A stretch of DNA of 62,945 nt, counting the filler, from Porpidia crustulata (taxonomy: Eukaryota): the NCBI GenBank assembly GCA_964255105.1. It is 18 parts of 18 records of this genome, joined end to end, with 100 filler letters (N's around TTAATTAATTAA, not from the genome) between each part and the next. Parts side by side here need not be neighbours in the genome. Positions count along the whole stretch, not along the records: positions 1 to 3,479 come from CAXUWE010002302.1; positions 3,580 to 7,037 come from CAXUWE010002304.1; positions 7,138 to 10,595 come from CAXUWE010002305.1; positions 10,696 to 14,143 come from CAXUWE010002306.1; 14 more parts are not named here. One strand, 5' to 3'. Numbering within the stretch: position 1 is the first letter of the stretch; each line of letters starts with the position of its first letter. Below are positions 1 through 11,215 of the stretch, in pieces. The position numbers were made by a program, and so were the translations under genes. Below the pieces are notes generated by a model that saw nothing but the letters and a program-made list of their open reading frames with translations, was not told the DNA's origin and ran no database searches.

Positions 1-330
1 ATCGTTTACTCAATACTCAGTCCCCCTTCCATCAGAACCGACGACCCTCTTTGTCCAAAGCTGATGCATCTGAGAAAAAACTCACATGGTCCAGGGGTCC
101 GAGATGTACGATCCGTAGCCAATTTTTTCCGCGCCTGGAGAACTTAATCCGGCGGACGTCTTTTGGCAACCACCAGCAAAGGGGGGCTCTCCCATATGCT
201 TACTCATTAGATATCTGGATAGGTAGGGAACCCCCCCCTACAACAAAATTCCTTGCGGACCTGCTGCGGCTTTTTGCCTACGAGTTACGGAAAGACCGGG
301 TTTTGGAATTACACTTGAAGTAAAAAAATA

Positions 331-556
331 TGTCCCTTCGTCTGGCAAACGAAGGGCCACCAGGATTACGGGCGCCATACCTACAACCTATCCAGGGTAT
401 CAGTTATTAGTAGATAGATATGAACGATACCTATCGTGGTAAGATCAAATGGTAAGATCAATACCGCGACAGTAACCGAGATAGGTATAAAGTATGCTTA
501 TATGGGTATGGTGCCCGATAATCCTGGTGGCCCTTCATTTGCCAGACGAAGGGATA
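331..556. mobile_element. MITE-like fold-back element (~225 bp) with ~50-bp terminal inverted repeats
   Basis: 333-381 TCCCTTCGTCTGGCAAACGAAGGGCCACCAGGATTACGGGCGCCATACC pairs with 505-554 (2 transitions, 1 indel). There is an inner inverted repeat 427-435/480-488 and a 12-bp direct repeat TGGTAAGATCAA (437, 450). Flanks are A-rich and there is no coding capacity. Confidence 0.7.
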
Positions 557-568
557 GAAAAAAAGTAC

Positions 569-2800
569 CTAAGGATCCTTTCCCATCTCATAGCCCTTGA
601 CCCGCCATCCTCCTCCTTCCACGCTCTGCTCAAACCCGATTTTCACATGGTTTGCATCGTTCTTCTCACCGAACAGATCAGTGTCGTCATCGATCTTCGC
701 ATCCAGCAAGCCATCTTCTTCAAAACATTCGACCGCAAGCTCGGCCAAGCCAAGGCGAGCGTGCACATCCGCGACTCCTTGTCTTCGAATCGCTCGCGAT
801 GCGTCCGTCATGAGGGCGATGCTCAGTAAGGCGTAGAGGAGGAATAAAGTGATCAATGCGAATAGCGGTGCTTTGAACACTCGTGTCACGAGAATGTCGT
901 GACGGGTCTGTGTCGAAAGTGATCGTGATGCTGACAAGATCTCTTCGAGTATGATCATGAACGCTTGACTGTAGGCGGAAGCGAAGTTGTTGGCGATAGC
1001 CTCTGACGTTTCGCCGAGCATGATGAAGTCGATCTTTGAACGGAAGTATTGTCGAGGATGATCGAGCATGAAAGGGATGTTGATGATGTTTGCTAGCAAT
1101 TGATCCGAGACCGTTCAATTGATGATGAAGTAGGTACCGTTCACATAAGCGTAAGTGACGTCAAAAACCGTGTGTTTGCAGAAAGCGATCATAGCTTGAG
1201 CGGCTTCGTCGATGGGTTTTACTTCATTTGTAGAGCCTGTGGAATTCATAGCCGTGCTTTCAGACATCATGACTACCGCTGAGAATGAAGGATTAATCAT
1301 ATTCTTCGTGAGGTATCATTCGACGTGATCTCCGTATTTGTCGTGGTACTGTTCTTTCACATTTCAAGGTATTGCTGTTGCATAGATTTCATCAGAGTAC
1401 AGAGTATGATTTTCGTACAGCAGTGACCTCACCTGTGATCTCTGACCGTCTTTGAACGAAGATCCTTGATCTTTGCAATCGAAGTCTCAGTCAAAGCCCG
1501 AGGCTGAAAAGTTCTGTTCCTGCTGCAAGCCACATTCTCTCGTCTTGAATATGCAAGATGTAGAGACGTCATAAGTCTTCGCCGTGAAATCGATAGCAAA
1601 GTCTGCGCTCTGAGGCAGCGATGCTGAAGCAACAAAAACCATTTTCTGATTTTGATAGTTGATCGTGTGAAGCTTGTTTTGTCTGAGCGTGATAGCCAGA
1701 AGTTGTAATACTTTGCGATAGCCATTTCAAGTAGCATTTGTATCTGTTAATTGTGTGTTCAATGAGCACGGGAGGGTCTTTTCAGTGCGAATAGGGACGC
1801 ACTGATCGTATAGCTGTGTGCTCCAGGCGTAGATCAGATTGCCAATTGTTTCCTTGATTCCTTGACTGACATACTTGAGAGTGACTTGGTCGAGCAAAGA
1901 CACTTCTAGACGGGTCAAGAAATGATCATCTGCATCAGCCAAGTTCAATGACTGCATTGTTGATACCGTTTGCGTTGTCAAATGCAGCCACGTGTCGGCA
2001 AGTAGTATAAGAAGACTATAAGAGGTATCAGAAGGGGATCAAAGAATCCGAAATCGGATTGACAGAAGCCTACAAGACTGAATCAAATGACGGAAGTTTA
2101 CTGACCTCATGATTGACACAAAGCTCAAAATTGACGCTGAAGTCTTGAGCAGTGAGACTGTGATTGTCTTTCGACGACTTCAGCAGCACAAGTACTGCAA
2201 GTCTTGTGACAAAGTTATGACGTTGTCTATATATTCAGATCTGTTGTCAGCGAGCATCATTAAACTGCGGACTTCTATCCTAAAGCTCGTACATATCTTT
2301 CAGCATCTGAAGCAACATTACAAGTTGAAAAGGTGAGGGCAGTTCAAGCTTATCGATAATTTGCGACAGCTTGTGGATTGTGGATGCCGTTCGATAGAAT
2401 CAAAGCTTCATAAGAACCACTCCGAGTATCGGAGTGAGAATGCTAGCTCACGCTGAGATGATCAGTAATGCTGTTGCACTCATATTGACATAATACGAAT
2501 CCGTCGGATTCGTTGTGTCATTGATCGAGAGATTCAAGTCTGAAGAAGTCGATGAGGAGGCCTGAATCGATCGTGCGAGAACGGGCCAAGTAGGAGTGCT
2601 GATAAAAGGATCATGGGAGACTGTGAATTGAATGCTTTAGATAAGATGAATGCTAGAAGCGCAGGCTTCTTACAATGACTGCAATTCCTCAGTACACAAC
2701 GATGACTTTACTATCGCATATTCGTCCGCTTTTCTTCCGTACACGCTTTTCATTGACTTCTCGGCGCTTTTGAATAAGAGATGATGAAACATCATCTTTA
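569..2800 (-). pseudogene. Hypermutated pseudogene of a fungal hypothetical membrane protein
   Basis: Colinear minus-strand fragments (YYVNMSATALLIISA*AS, PSPFQLVMLL, LLILLADTWLHLTTQTV, CKHTVFDVTYAYVNG, LVTRVFKAPLFAL...VADVHARLGLAELAVECFE...GGW) resemble a widespread uncharacterised ascomycete family, recognised from memory. In-frame stops lie at 2689, 2448, 2400, 2280, 1727 and 1115. The 5' end is approximate. Confidence 0.7.
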
Positions 2801-3479
2801 GTCTGTAAGGCGTGATATTCGGTGTTCATGTCGGATGCGTAAATTGAAGAAAAGGATACAGTTCTTAAAGGAAGAAGGACACATGTGCAAGATAGAACAG
2901 CACTTCTATAAGAAGAGTCGAAGAACAGGAGCGAAAGTGCAGCCTTATCATCGTGTAACGCTGCGCGCAGTAGCGCACATCAACGCGTATCTTGAGTGGC
3001 CTATTGCGAGGCGCAAAGGGATTCTTTCAGCCTGGAGATCCTTCGCTCCCATTCTTGCATGATTTAGCTCCTGAGAAATGGGAACATCAGAGAAACAGAG
3101 TGGGAGCACGTCGGAAGAGTGGCAAGCATGAAAGAGAAGAAACGGCGTCGCAAAACCCTAGGCTGCGAGAGGGGTGAGGCCGGTGCAGATATTTGTCACC
3201 TTGGCAGGGCCGAACGGGCTTGACGGGCTAATCCGTTACGGAAGCCTTACCGGAAATCCACTGAACGCTTCAACTGTCAAAGGATCTTGTGAATGAAGTC
3301 TAGGCAACAGGCGGGGCTTCAAGGTAGGTAATTTGAACAATGAGGGCAGCTCAAGCCGAAGGCTAGGGGACCCTTTTCAGCCTCGGGTGTATAATAAATA
3401 TATCAATGGGTAATGAAGAAATATACATCTCACACCCATAAAAACCAAACCCCCTTATCTCATTTCATCATCATTTTAC

Positions 3480-3579
3480 NNNNNNNNNNNNNNNNNNNNN
3501 NNNNNNNNNNNNNNNNNNNNNNNTTAATTAATTAANNNNNNNNNNNNNNNNNNNNNNNNNNNNNNNNNNNNNNNNNNNN
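3480..3579. other. Artificial scaffolding linker N44-TTAATTAATTAA-N44 (first of 17)
   Basis: Identical 100-bp spacers with six-frame stops at 3480, 7038, 10596, 14144, 17689, 21227, 24754, 28271, 31776, 35268, 38756, 42237, 45709, 49174, 52633, 56075 and 59513. Contig lengths fall from 3479 to 3333 bp in sorted order. Confidence 0.99.
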
Positions 3580-4305
3580 CTCCTCTCAAACCCTACCGAC
3601 AGAATTGTCTCCATCCGCACCGAAGACCCCGCCCTCCACAAACAACGCCGCCATACCCCCCGGCTCCGAACAAAATACCACCATATCTCCGACCGCCTCC
3701 GCAACCGTAGCACCGAATCCACCTACTATCTCCGCCACAACCCCGGCATCCACCCCGGCATCCTCGGCACCAACCGTCAGATCCACGCTGAAGCCAACCA
3801 CGTCCTCTACTCGACCCACATTTTTGACTTCGGCCTCGACATCGAAAGCGCCGTCCCGTTCCTCCAGGACCTTGGGCCCCGCTCCCGTGCCGCCGTCGCC
3901 AAGATCCGCATCGTCAAGCGCGCCATCCCCTACACTAAAAGCTACGACCACTGCGAGTGGGCTAGCGCCTGCTCCTACTTCTCCGCGCACCTGCGCCTCG
4001 CGCAGCTTCATCTCGCCGTGCTCGGGGGCTCCCCTGGCTCGATGTGGGGCGTGCCGCTATCGGAAGTGGAGTTGCGCGAGTTCTCAAAGGCGGATTTTGA
4101 GTGGATCGCCGAGTTGGAGGATATGGAGTGGATGCGACAGCTGGCGGCGGTCGGGGGCCTGCGGGCGTTAACCGTGCAGGCGATTATGGAGCATTGCCCG
4201 CCCCCGCAGTCGAGCGCGATGACGTTCTTTGTGGCCTTCTCGGCGAGTATTGAGAAGGGGTTCCGGGAGCATATGACGTCCGTCATGGTCGCTAAGGCTT
4301 ATTGA
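3580..4305 (+). CDS. Fungal hypothetical protein (F-box-like/DUF7730-type), 5' truncated by contig edge
   Basis: Open frame from the contig start to TGA 4303-4305, extending ORF 4018..4305 upstream. Contains ILGTNRQIHAEANHVLYSTHIFDF, the typical 'IL.T.RQI..EA..LY..N.F.F' motif, and HCPPPQS. Strong GC3 bias. Confidence 0.75.
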   Translation, partial: LLSNPTDRIVSIRTEDPALHKQRRHTPRLRTKYHHISDRLRNRSTESTYYLRHNPGIHPGILGTNRQIHAEANHVLYSTHIFDFGLDIESAVPFLQDLGPRSRAAVAKIRIVKRAIPYTKSYDHCEWASACSYFSAHLRLAQLHLAVLGGSPGSMWGVPLSEVELREFSKADFEWIAELEDMEWMRQLAAVGGLRALTVQAIMEHCPPPQSSAMTFFVAFSASIEKGFREHMTSVMVAKAY

Positions 4306-4484
4306 TATTGGGTTGATTTGGTGGTATCTTTTGGGTTGGCTTGGTCCAGTCGGGCCTTAACTGATGTACCATAGATGTCTTCTATCCTACATGGCATCTC
4401 AGTGATGATGGACTTGAAACTTCCATCTAATTCAAGTAACAACTATTAATTCACGATCACTCAAAGCTGTACAGTCTCCGCATC

Positions 4485-6423
4485 TCAAGACGCCCGCACG
4501 AGCCAAGTAAGGAAACAATCTCCAGCAGCCCGACGTGGAGCCGGAAATCCTACAACCATAAGCTCAGACAACCATACATCACCCGCCAACCCCTCAAGTC
4601 CACCCGCAAGGCTCTTCCAAACCTCACTTATCACATTCCTCATTACCATCACCATTGGACCCATTGCGCCTGTGCTCTCCCAAGATCCCTTACTCCCCCT
4701 TTGTTCCTCATCGTCCTAGCCATGTGCCCCCTGTGGACGATTCGCCCGTGGTCGACCCGGTCGGAAGGCTTGTGAAGTCCTGCGCCACGCAAATCTGGAA
4801 GTGGCAAGCAGGTAATTGAGGAAGTGATCTTGGGGTTGAGACCCTCAAGACGAAAGAGAGAGTGCAGGTCGGTGGCTTATCAGGACGGGGCACTTACCAC
4901 GGACCTTCTCTGACGGCAGTAATATCTGCTACACCTCCGTCTCTTTCCTCCAGCTGAAAGCATCTTGCTTGCACAAACCTTGTCCATATCCAGCTTTCCA
5001 AGGCCCGTGGCTTCGTCACATCGTCCAAGCCTCTAATGTACACTATTGCCGTCAGTTCTTCGGAAATCACCGAGCTAGATCCACTTGTGATTAAGAAGCG
5101 GAGCGCACTGCACTTGAACAGCGCCGAGCCGGCGGGGTAAAGCAATACACTGGGGTTGCCCCATGTAAGGATGAAGACGCAGCTGATGATGTTGGGAGCC
5201 AGGATCGCTATGTGCAAAACTGCGTTGAAGGCGGCGTTTCCGAAGAGCACCATGGTTCACGCGAACAGTGATGATCGAGGAGCCTTTCGAGACATAAATA
5301 TCCTGGTCATTTGTGCCGATCCCGTTGGTCTGATTTACTCCAGCACGACTTAGATTACCCCATCGATATATATTACGGCTGTCCAACATTGACGAAGATT
5401 GGTGATCTAGAATGGACCAAGGGAGGTGATGCCTTCCGTTCCAGGCGCCTGCGAGCTCACTGCTGGTTGTGAAGAAGTTCAGGTTCCATCTGATGATGGG
5501 AACAGCCGGTCTGAAACGGTGAAAACGTTGCGAAAATGAAGATGCCCAGCCACTTGTCAATAACGAGGCAATGCTTATGATCAAGGCTTCACATAGGAAG
5601 AAGAAATCAAAGGTACCGGTGCCCCTTGAGCGCTGATTACCTGGCTGCATACCAAAGAAAAATTCCTCGTTCAAATAAAGGGAGGTGGATGCCGTACCGT
5701 TCACCCACTCCAAAGCACACAAGACATATATATAATACGGTTAATTGCTTTTTATCTATCTCAACCATAAGAAATTACCCCTCGAGAAATTTCCTAAGAT
5801 GCCAGCGGCGCAGGTCAGTCGGAGAAGTCATCCACGGCGCTGAGACAGGAAATTAGTAGACGCCGCAGTCGCAGTCACCAAGGCGCACAGAGAAAAGGTC
5901 ACGAATTCGCTGTTGGTATTATGGTACACATGGTTAGATTGACCTTGACAATTCTGCGTCAATGTTTGAAATGGAGCCAGAGAGGCACTTGGAGATGGAA
6001 AAACATAGAAATATGGAACGAAGCATAGGCTGTCGTTGTGCACGAACGCTATCATGTGTGAAAGTGATGTCTCTCAACGCCCTCTCGAAGCGCGGACGCG
6101 CCTGATGGTTCACATACGTACAGGAGATCAAGGCACGAAACCATGATTTCCGAACATTGGATCCCGCGGTTTCGAAAAAGGAATTGTATTACTTGCAAGA
6201 GCTACTCTTGTCTGCCAGGGATATAGAACATACCCACTTGAGAGGACATACAAAGACAAAGAGATGAATTAGCCATCAATAGCGGGAAGCTGGGAGAGTT
6301 CCTGGAGCGCAGAGGACAGGATATATGGGCAAAAATAAAATGGTGACTTTTTGTTTCCACGGGGGGAAATTATTCGCATAGGTCAGATGGCATCCACCTC
6401 ACCTTCTCGTCGTCGCCGTCCAT
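4485..6423 (-). pseudogene. Probable fragmented or multi-exon hypothetical membrane protein gene
   Basis: Protein-like minus-strand pieces in different frames (5075..5722, 4894..5253, and a C-terminal ...MVMRNVISEVWKSLAGGLEGLAGDVWLSELMVVGF...RAS* ending at 4485). Possible first exon ATG 6423 MDGDDEK followed by a GTGAG donor. No family recognised. Confidence 0.3.
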
Positions 6424-6926
6424 CGGCAATGTAAATAACACCACAACGACACTCTCTTCAACCGGGCCGCCGGCTCCATCACCGATATCCAAGGTCTACC
6501 CTATAACTTTCCTCCGTTTGTATCTGGCAATGGCACCGCCCAGTAGAAAGAGCAGGCAGGACAAACCCAGATGATACGAAAACAAAGAAAATACTCCAGG
6601 GCCTAAACAAACGGTTGGATTGATCCTGTGGCATAGATACGGTAGTTGCAATAGACAAAGAGTTAAATAGCGAACAGATAACCCCCCACCTCCAAGTCAA
6701 TCGTCGTAAAAGTCCCGCTCATCAACCAACCAACGGTATCAAAACCGCCATAGTTGACTTCGAGCGAAAACAAATGCGATCAAGTGCTTGATTTTACGGG
6801 AGACACACGTACGAAGCCACCTACTAAAAGGCTGTCAAACACGTCGATGACATCTCGCTGAAATCTTCTAGCACCTCCTTCATTCAATCTTTCAACCTCC
6901 AAACCCCGGACACAGTCATCCCTTTA

Positions 6927-6966
6927 ACAGACAGACAACAACAGACAGACAGACAGCAGCAGCAGC
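6927..6966. repeat. (AGAC)n/(CAG)n microsatellite
   Basis: ACAGACAGACAACAACAGACAGACAGACAGCAGCAGCAGC. Confidence 0.7.
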
Positions 6967-7187
6967 TTTGGAGCCGCTGCTTTTCCGATCAGGGACGAAG
7001 CTGTGATCTAATTTGGGCTAGGGCCAAGGGCTGGTAGNNNNNNNNNNNNNNNNNNNNNNNNNNNNNNNNNNNNNNNNNNNNTTAATTAATTAANNNNNNN
7101 NNNNNNNNNNNNNNNNNNNNNNNNNNNNNNNNNNNNNTGTTTTGATATAATTGCAAGGTGGGTATACTGCTTGTTTGAAGTCGGTTT

Positions 7188-8169
7188 TTATTTACGGAAA
7201 GCGTAAAGGATGAGTTGAACGGCCGCTCCGATTACCATAATAGGGATCGAGGATCGGAAGATCCGGCGAATCGTCAATTTCTTCAGGACGGACATCTTCG
7301 CCTTGAAGCTGGCGGTCTCGTTGATATGGGGAAAGGGCGTGGGCGGAACATCGTTGCCCAGAAAATTACACAGCGGCTCCCATCCTTGCTCGAGTTTGAA
7401 CTCGAGCAGTTGGTCGTTGGGCACGACTTGGCGAGCTTCTTTGTAAATGTTGCGGTAGGTATTGCACCACGATGCTTCCTTCTGCTCTGGACTTTGACCG
7501 ACGGGACCAAAGAGGCTGGTCATCATTAGGCTCATCATTGGCAAGAAACGTCTCAAGAGGTAGGGGTCCAGGTATTGCAGCACGGACGCCAGGCTGGAGC
7601 CTTCCAAGTTCTGGACGGTCTGTTTGCATGAGTTGTACCATTTTTCGACGTCGCGTTCGATGATGACGACTTTGGCCTCGGGGTATGCTTCGAAGAGCTC
7701 TGGGATGAATGCTGCGGTGGGGACATCACATACGGCCTGCAACGTAGATTAGCGGAGAATTTTGCGCGATGGATGTGTCGCGTTACCTGACAATGGCCGA
7801 GCAATCGGTCCCAGTCTTTTCTCTCGAATTTCTTTCCCTTTCCTTGATACTTTGCTGCAAGTGCTTCATGCCACATATCGGAGTCCGGTGGGTTCTCTAA
7901 GATGGAATCCATATGATAGGTGTCGACGTAGCCCAAGTCTTTCAAGGCCTTGCGCATTGCTATGCGAAAAAGGAGATTAGCTCTGTATGTTCGTCACGTT
8001 GGGATTGCAGAACCCAGTTCTCAGGCAACAGCGTACACTGAGAGCCAGTGCGCATGAACCCAAGTACAAGCACCTTCATAGGCACAACTCTCTCGCATTT
8101 ACGGCGATCAATGTTACTCTCCACGAAGAGTTCCGGAAATCGCTCTCTTTCGCTAGGCATGGCGGACAT
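7188..8169 (-). CDS. P-loop sulfotransferase-family protein (Sulfotransfer_4-like), 3 exons
   Basis: MKVLVLGFMRTGS..MRKALKDLGY..YHM, AVCDVP, YPEAKVVIIERDVEKWYNS, LLEFKLEQGWEPLCNFLG..VP..PFPHIN. Introns 7960-8036 and 7737-7786 have GT/AG ends and CTAAT branch sites. Confidence 0.9.
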
Positions 8170-8933
8170 CTTGGTGATCTCTGAGAATGGTATATTCAGA
8201 AGCAAGAGAGATGAGAGCTTTATTGAACAATCAATAAACCGAGAATGTCCCGGATGGAAGTAAATAGCAGCTCACGACCATTGTAATTTTGACTTGGTAA
8301 AGTGGGGGCCAGATCAAGTGGCATCCATCTAGGTCTTGAAGTATCGCTGCGCAGCGATTGATTCTTCATGAAGAACTGCATGTCACACTGACGACGAATA
8401 GAGACAAATATTAGAAGAGCCTCCAACAATGTAGCAAAACATAGCGAGCATGCACAATGCGTAAACCAAGTATGCATTTTGCTGGGATAAATGTCATTGT
8501 ATCTCGATCTGTCTAGGCCCAATAGGTTGCATGCCTAGCTGTAGTCATTGCACGAGGGGTAATTTGGAGCGGCCATCCGACGAATCCGATGAGCCGTTGA
8601 ATTGCTTAGCTTGACAGATTAATAGAGTAATCTTTAATGTAGAGGCTGCCGAACGGTGGTTGAGATAGAGTGAAATAGTGTAGACAGGTTGATGTCGAGA
8701 CTGCCCTCGGCCGAGAGTCGTACTAAGAACCGACAACGAGCCTCGGTATCTAGGGTTAGGGTTATACCCGTTTCCACCCGTAAGCGTGCCGGGTATGAAG
8801 AGCGGACTTTTCCTGACGTGTCAGAAGTCAGTAAGTCGGACAACTTTCTAGAAAGCCATTGAGCAGATAAAGGGAGAAGACACTGGATGCTTCGGTTGTG
8901 TGGAGACTGGAAATGTAGTACATTCGATATGGG

Positions 8934-10302
8934 ATGGCTTTCCCACGCAACTCCCTACGAGCCTTTCTCTCCCATGCGAAAAAGAAGCTTAACACGGCAA
9001 TCCAACAGTCTCAGAGAGTTACTCTAGTGGTTGGCAATGAGTCTGCAGGTTGGGACTGAATACCCTATTGCCAATGCCGTATCCTAAATATCTACAGACC
9101 TCGATTCTCTGACTTCCTCTATTCTCTATGCCTATCTCCGCTCACTTGCTCCCCCACGAACAGCTTTCACGCCACTTTATGTCCCCTTGCTCAGCATCCC
9201 AGCGGCTGATATACACCTCCGTCCCGAGTTCACCGCGCTGTTTCGACACGCCAATATCTCTGCTTCCCATCTCATCACGCTCGACGACCTTCCTGCATTC
9301 TCCCACTTGAAAGAGAAGCTGAAGCCTACGAATACTCGCTGGATCTTGGTCGATCATAATAAGCTGCAGGGTTTCCTTGGCGCTGTTTACGGCTCATGTG
9401 TACACGGGGTCATTGATCACCATGATGAAGAAAACGCTGTCCCGTACGAAACTGTCCCCGAACCGCGCATTGTCGAAAAATCCGGCTCCTGCACAAGCCT
9501 TGTAACCCGGACCTTGGAATCTGTCTGGGACACAAGTTCATCATCCTCGCTAAGCTCAGGCGCAGCTCATGCCCAAGGAGAGGCTGCGACAGATGACAGC
9601 GTTGTCGTTCAAACATGGGATGCGCAGATTGCGAAGTTTGCCCTTGCAAGCGTCTTGATTGATACTGCAAACCTGACAGCCGAGGGCAAGGTCTTTCCTG
9701 TGGATAAAAAAGCGGTGGAGTACCTAGAAGCTAAGATCCAGTCCTCCGTGAGGGAGGCAAGGACATGGAATCGAGCGAACTTCTACGACGAGATCACCGC
9801 GGTGAAGAGTGATATTGAAAGCCTCGCGCTTAACGACATTTTAAGAAAAGACTACAAGGAGTGGACGGAAAACGGCAAGAAACTAGGCATCAGCTCCGTA
9901 GTCAAACCACTACACTTCCTCGTCCAAAAAGCAAACCAAGAAACCCAACAGCAAACCCAAGACAATCCCTTCGACACCGCAATCGCAGACTTCATGAAAA
10001 CAAAAAATCTTTCCATCTTCGCCATAATGACAACCTCCACCTCCAGTCCAAACGTCTTCCACCGCCAACTCCTCCTCCAAGCCATCCCCCTCGCCGCCCC
10101 CATCGCAGCCAAATTCGCCTCTCAAGCGGCCAACGAGCTCGGACTCGAAAACCACGACGTCCCCGGCATAACCGCTCACGATCCGAACACGCAACGCTCG
10201 GAGGAGGGGAAATATTTTCGGAAGGTATGGATGCAGCGAAACGTGAGCAAGAGCCGGAAACAGGTCGCGCCATTGCTACGCGGCGCCATGGGAGAGCCGT
10301 AG
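8934..10302 (+). CDS. PPX1: Exopolyphosphatase (DHH/DHHA2 family)
   Basis: Removing intron 9049-9097 gives VVGNESADLDS. Further motifs: LRPE, LVDHN, VIDHH, GSCTSLV, LIDT, LRKDYK, SRKQVAP. Confidence 0.93.
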
Positions 10303-11215
10303 TTTGGTTTCCATGAGAATTTTTAATACGACAAAGTAGGATGCCCTAAGTAAACCTGGGAAACATCCTCGGCTCGCACATGCCGCAATAATCAACCAAA
10401 ATAATCATCAAAAGCACGCTCACCCCCCACCCCAGCGTTTCATATCTACCTCACACCATCCAACCCACGTAGAAAACAGCCACCCCACAAACCCTTCGAT
10501 TCGACTCCAACAAAAACCACGGATCTAGCATCCGCGCGCCTACGTCCGTCCACATGAATGGATCTAAGATCTGACTGACGGTCTGGGACGTGGGGNNNNN
10601 NNNNNNNNNNNNNNNNNNNNNNNNNNNNNNNNNNNNNNNTTAATTAATTAANNNNNNNNNNNNNNNNNNNNNNNNNNNNNNNNNNNNNNNNNNNNGGTTT
10701 TTGTGGATTTTGGGGGGGGGAGGGGGCTGGATGTTTACTGTCTATTTATTCAGGCTAATTTTCAATCTTGGGACGCAAAGATTTGGTTCCAACGCTTCTG
10801 TGTCCGAAGATTAAAAGCTCGACCTGAGTAAAGCACCACACGGCACAGTACATCCTATGACTCTTGGATTTCCAAAGGGTTTGCATAATGAGCCAGGACT
10901 GCATGTGTAATTGGCTGATAGCCGAGGGATTGAATGGATTGGATGTCTGGATGTCAAGCAGGCACAAGGCTGAAGGTTTTGCCATGGCGCAGCTGGCCTG
11001 CGGCGAGGTTTTGCATTGTTCAGCGAGTATGGCTACTTAAGAGACTCAAGGCGAACACGACATACTGGTCTAAGTTGTCCACATTGGTGTATACGATACA
11101 GATTACCAGCTGCCTCAAACCTACCTCCTCCCGCTTCGACAGATTACCTATGCATAGAAAGGTCGTTATATTCAGAGCATGTTGATATCTTACTGGGCTG
11201 AAAGACTTTACAAGA

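Noticed and set aside
3605..4171. 188-aa Ser/Thr/Pro-rich mucin-like ORF
   Set aside because: It is a shadow frame of the C-rich true gene at 3580-4305.
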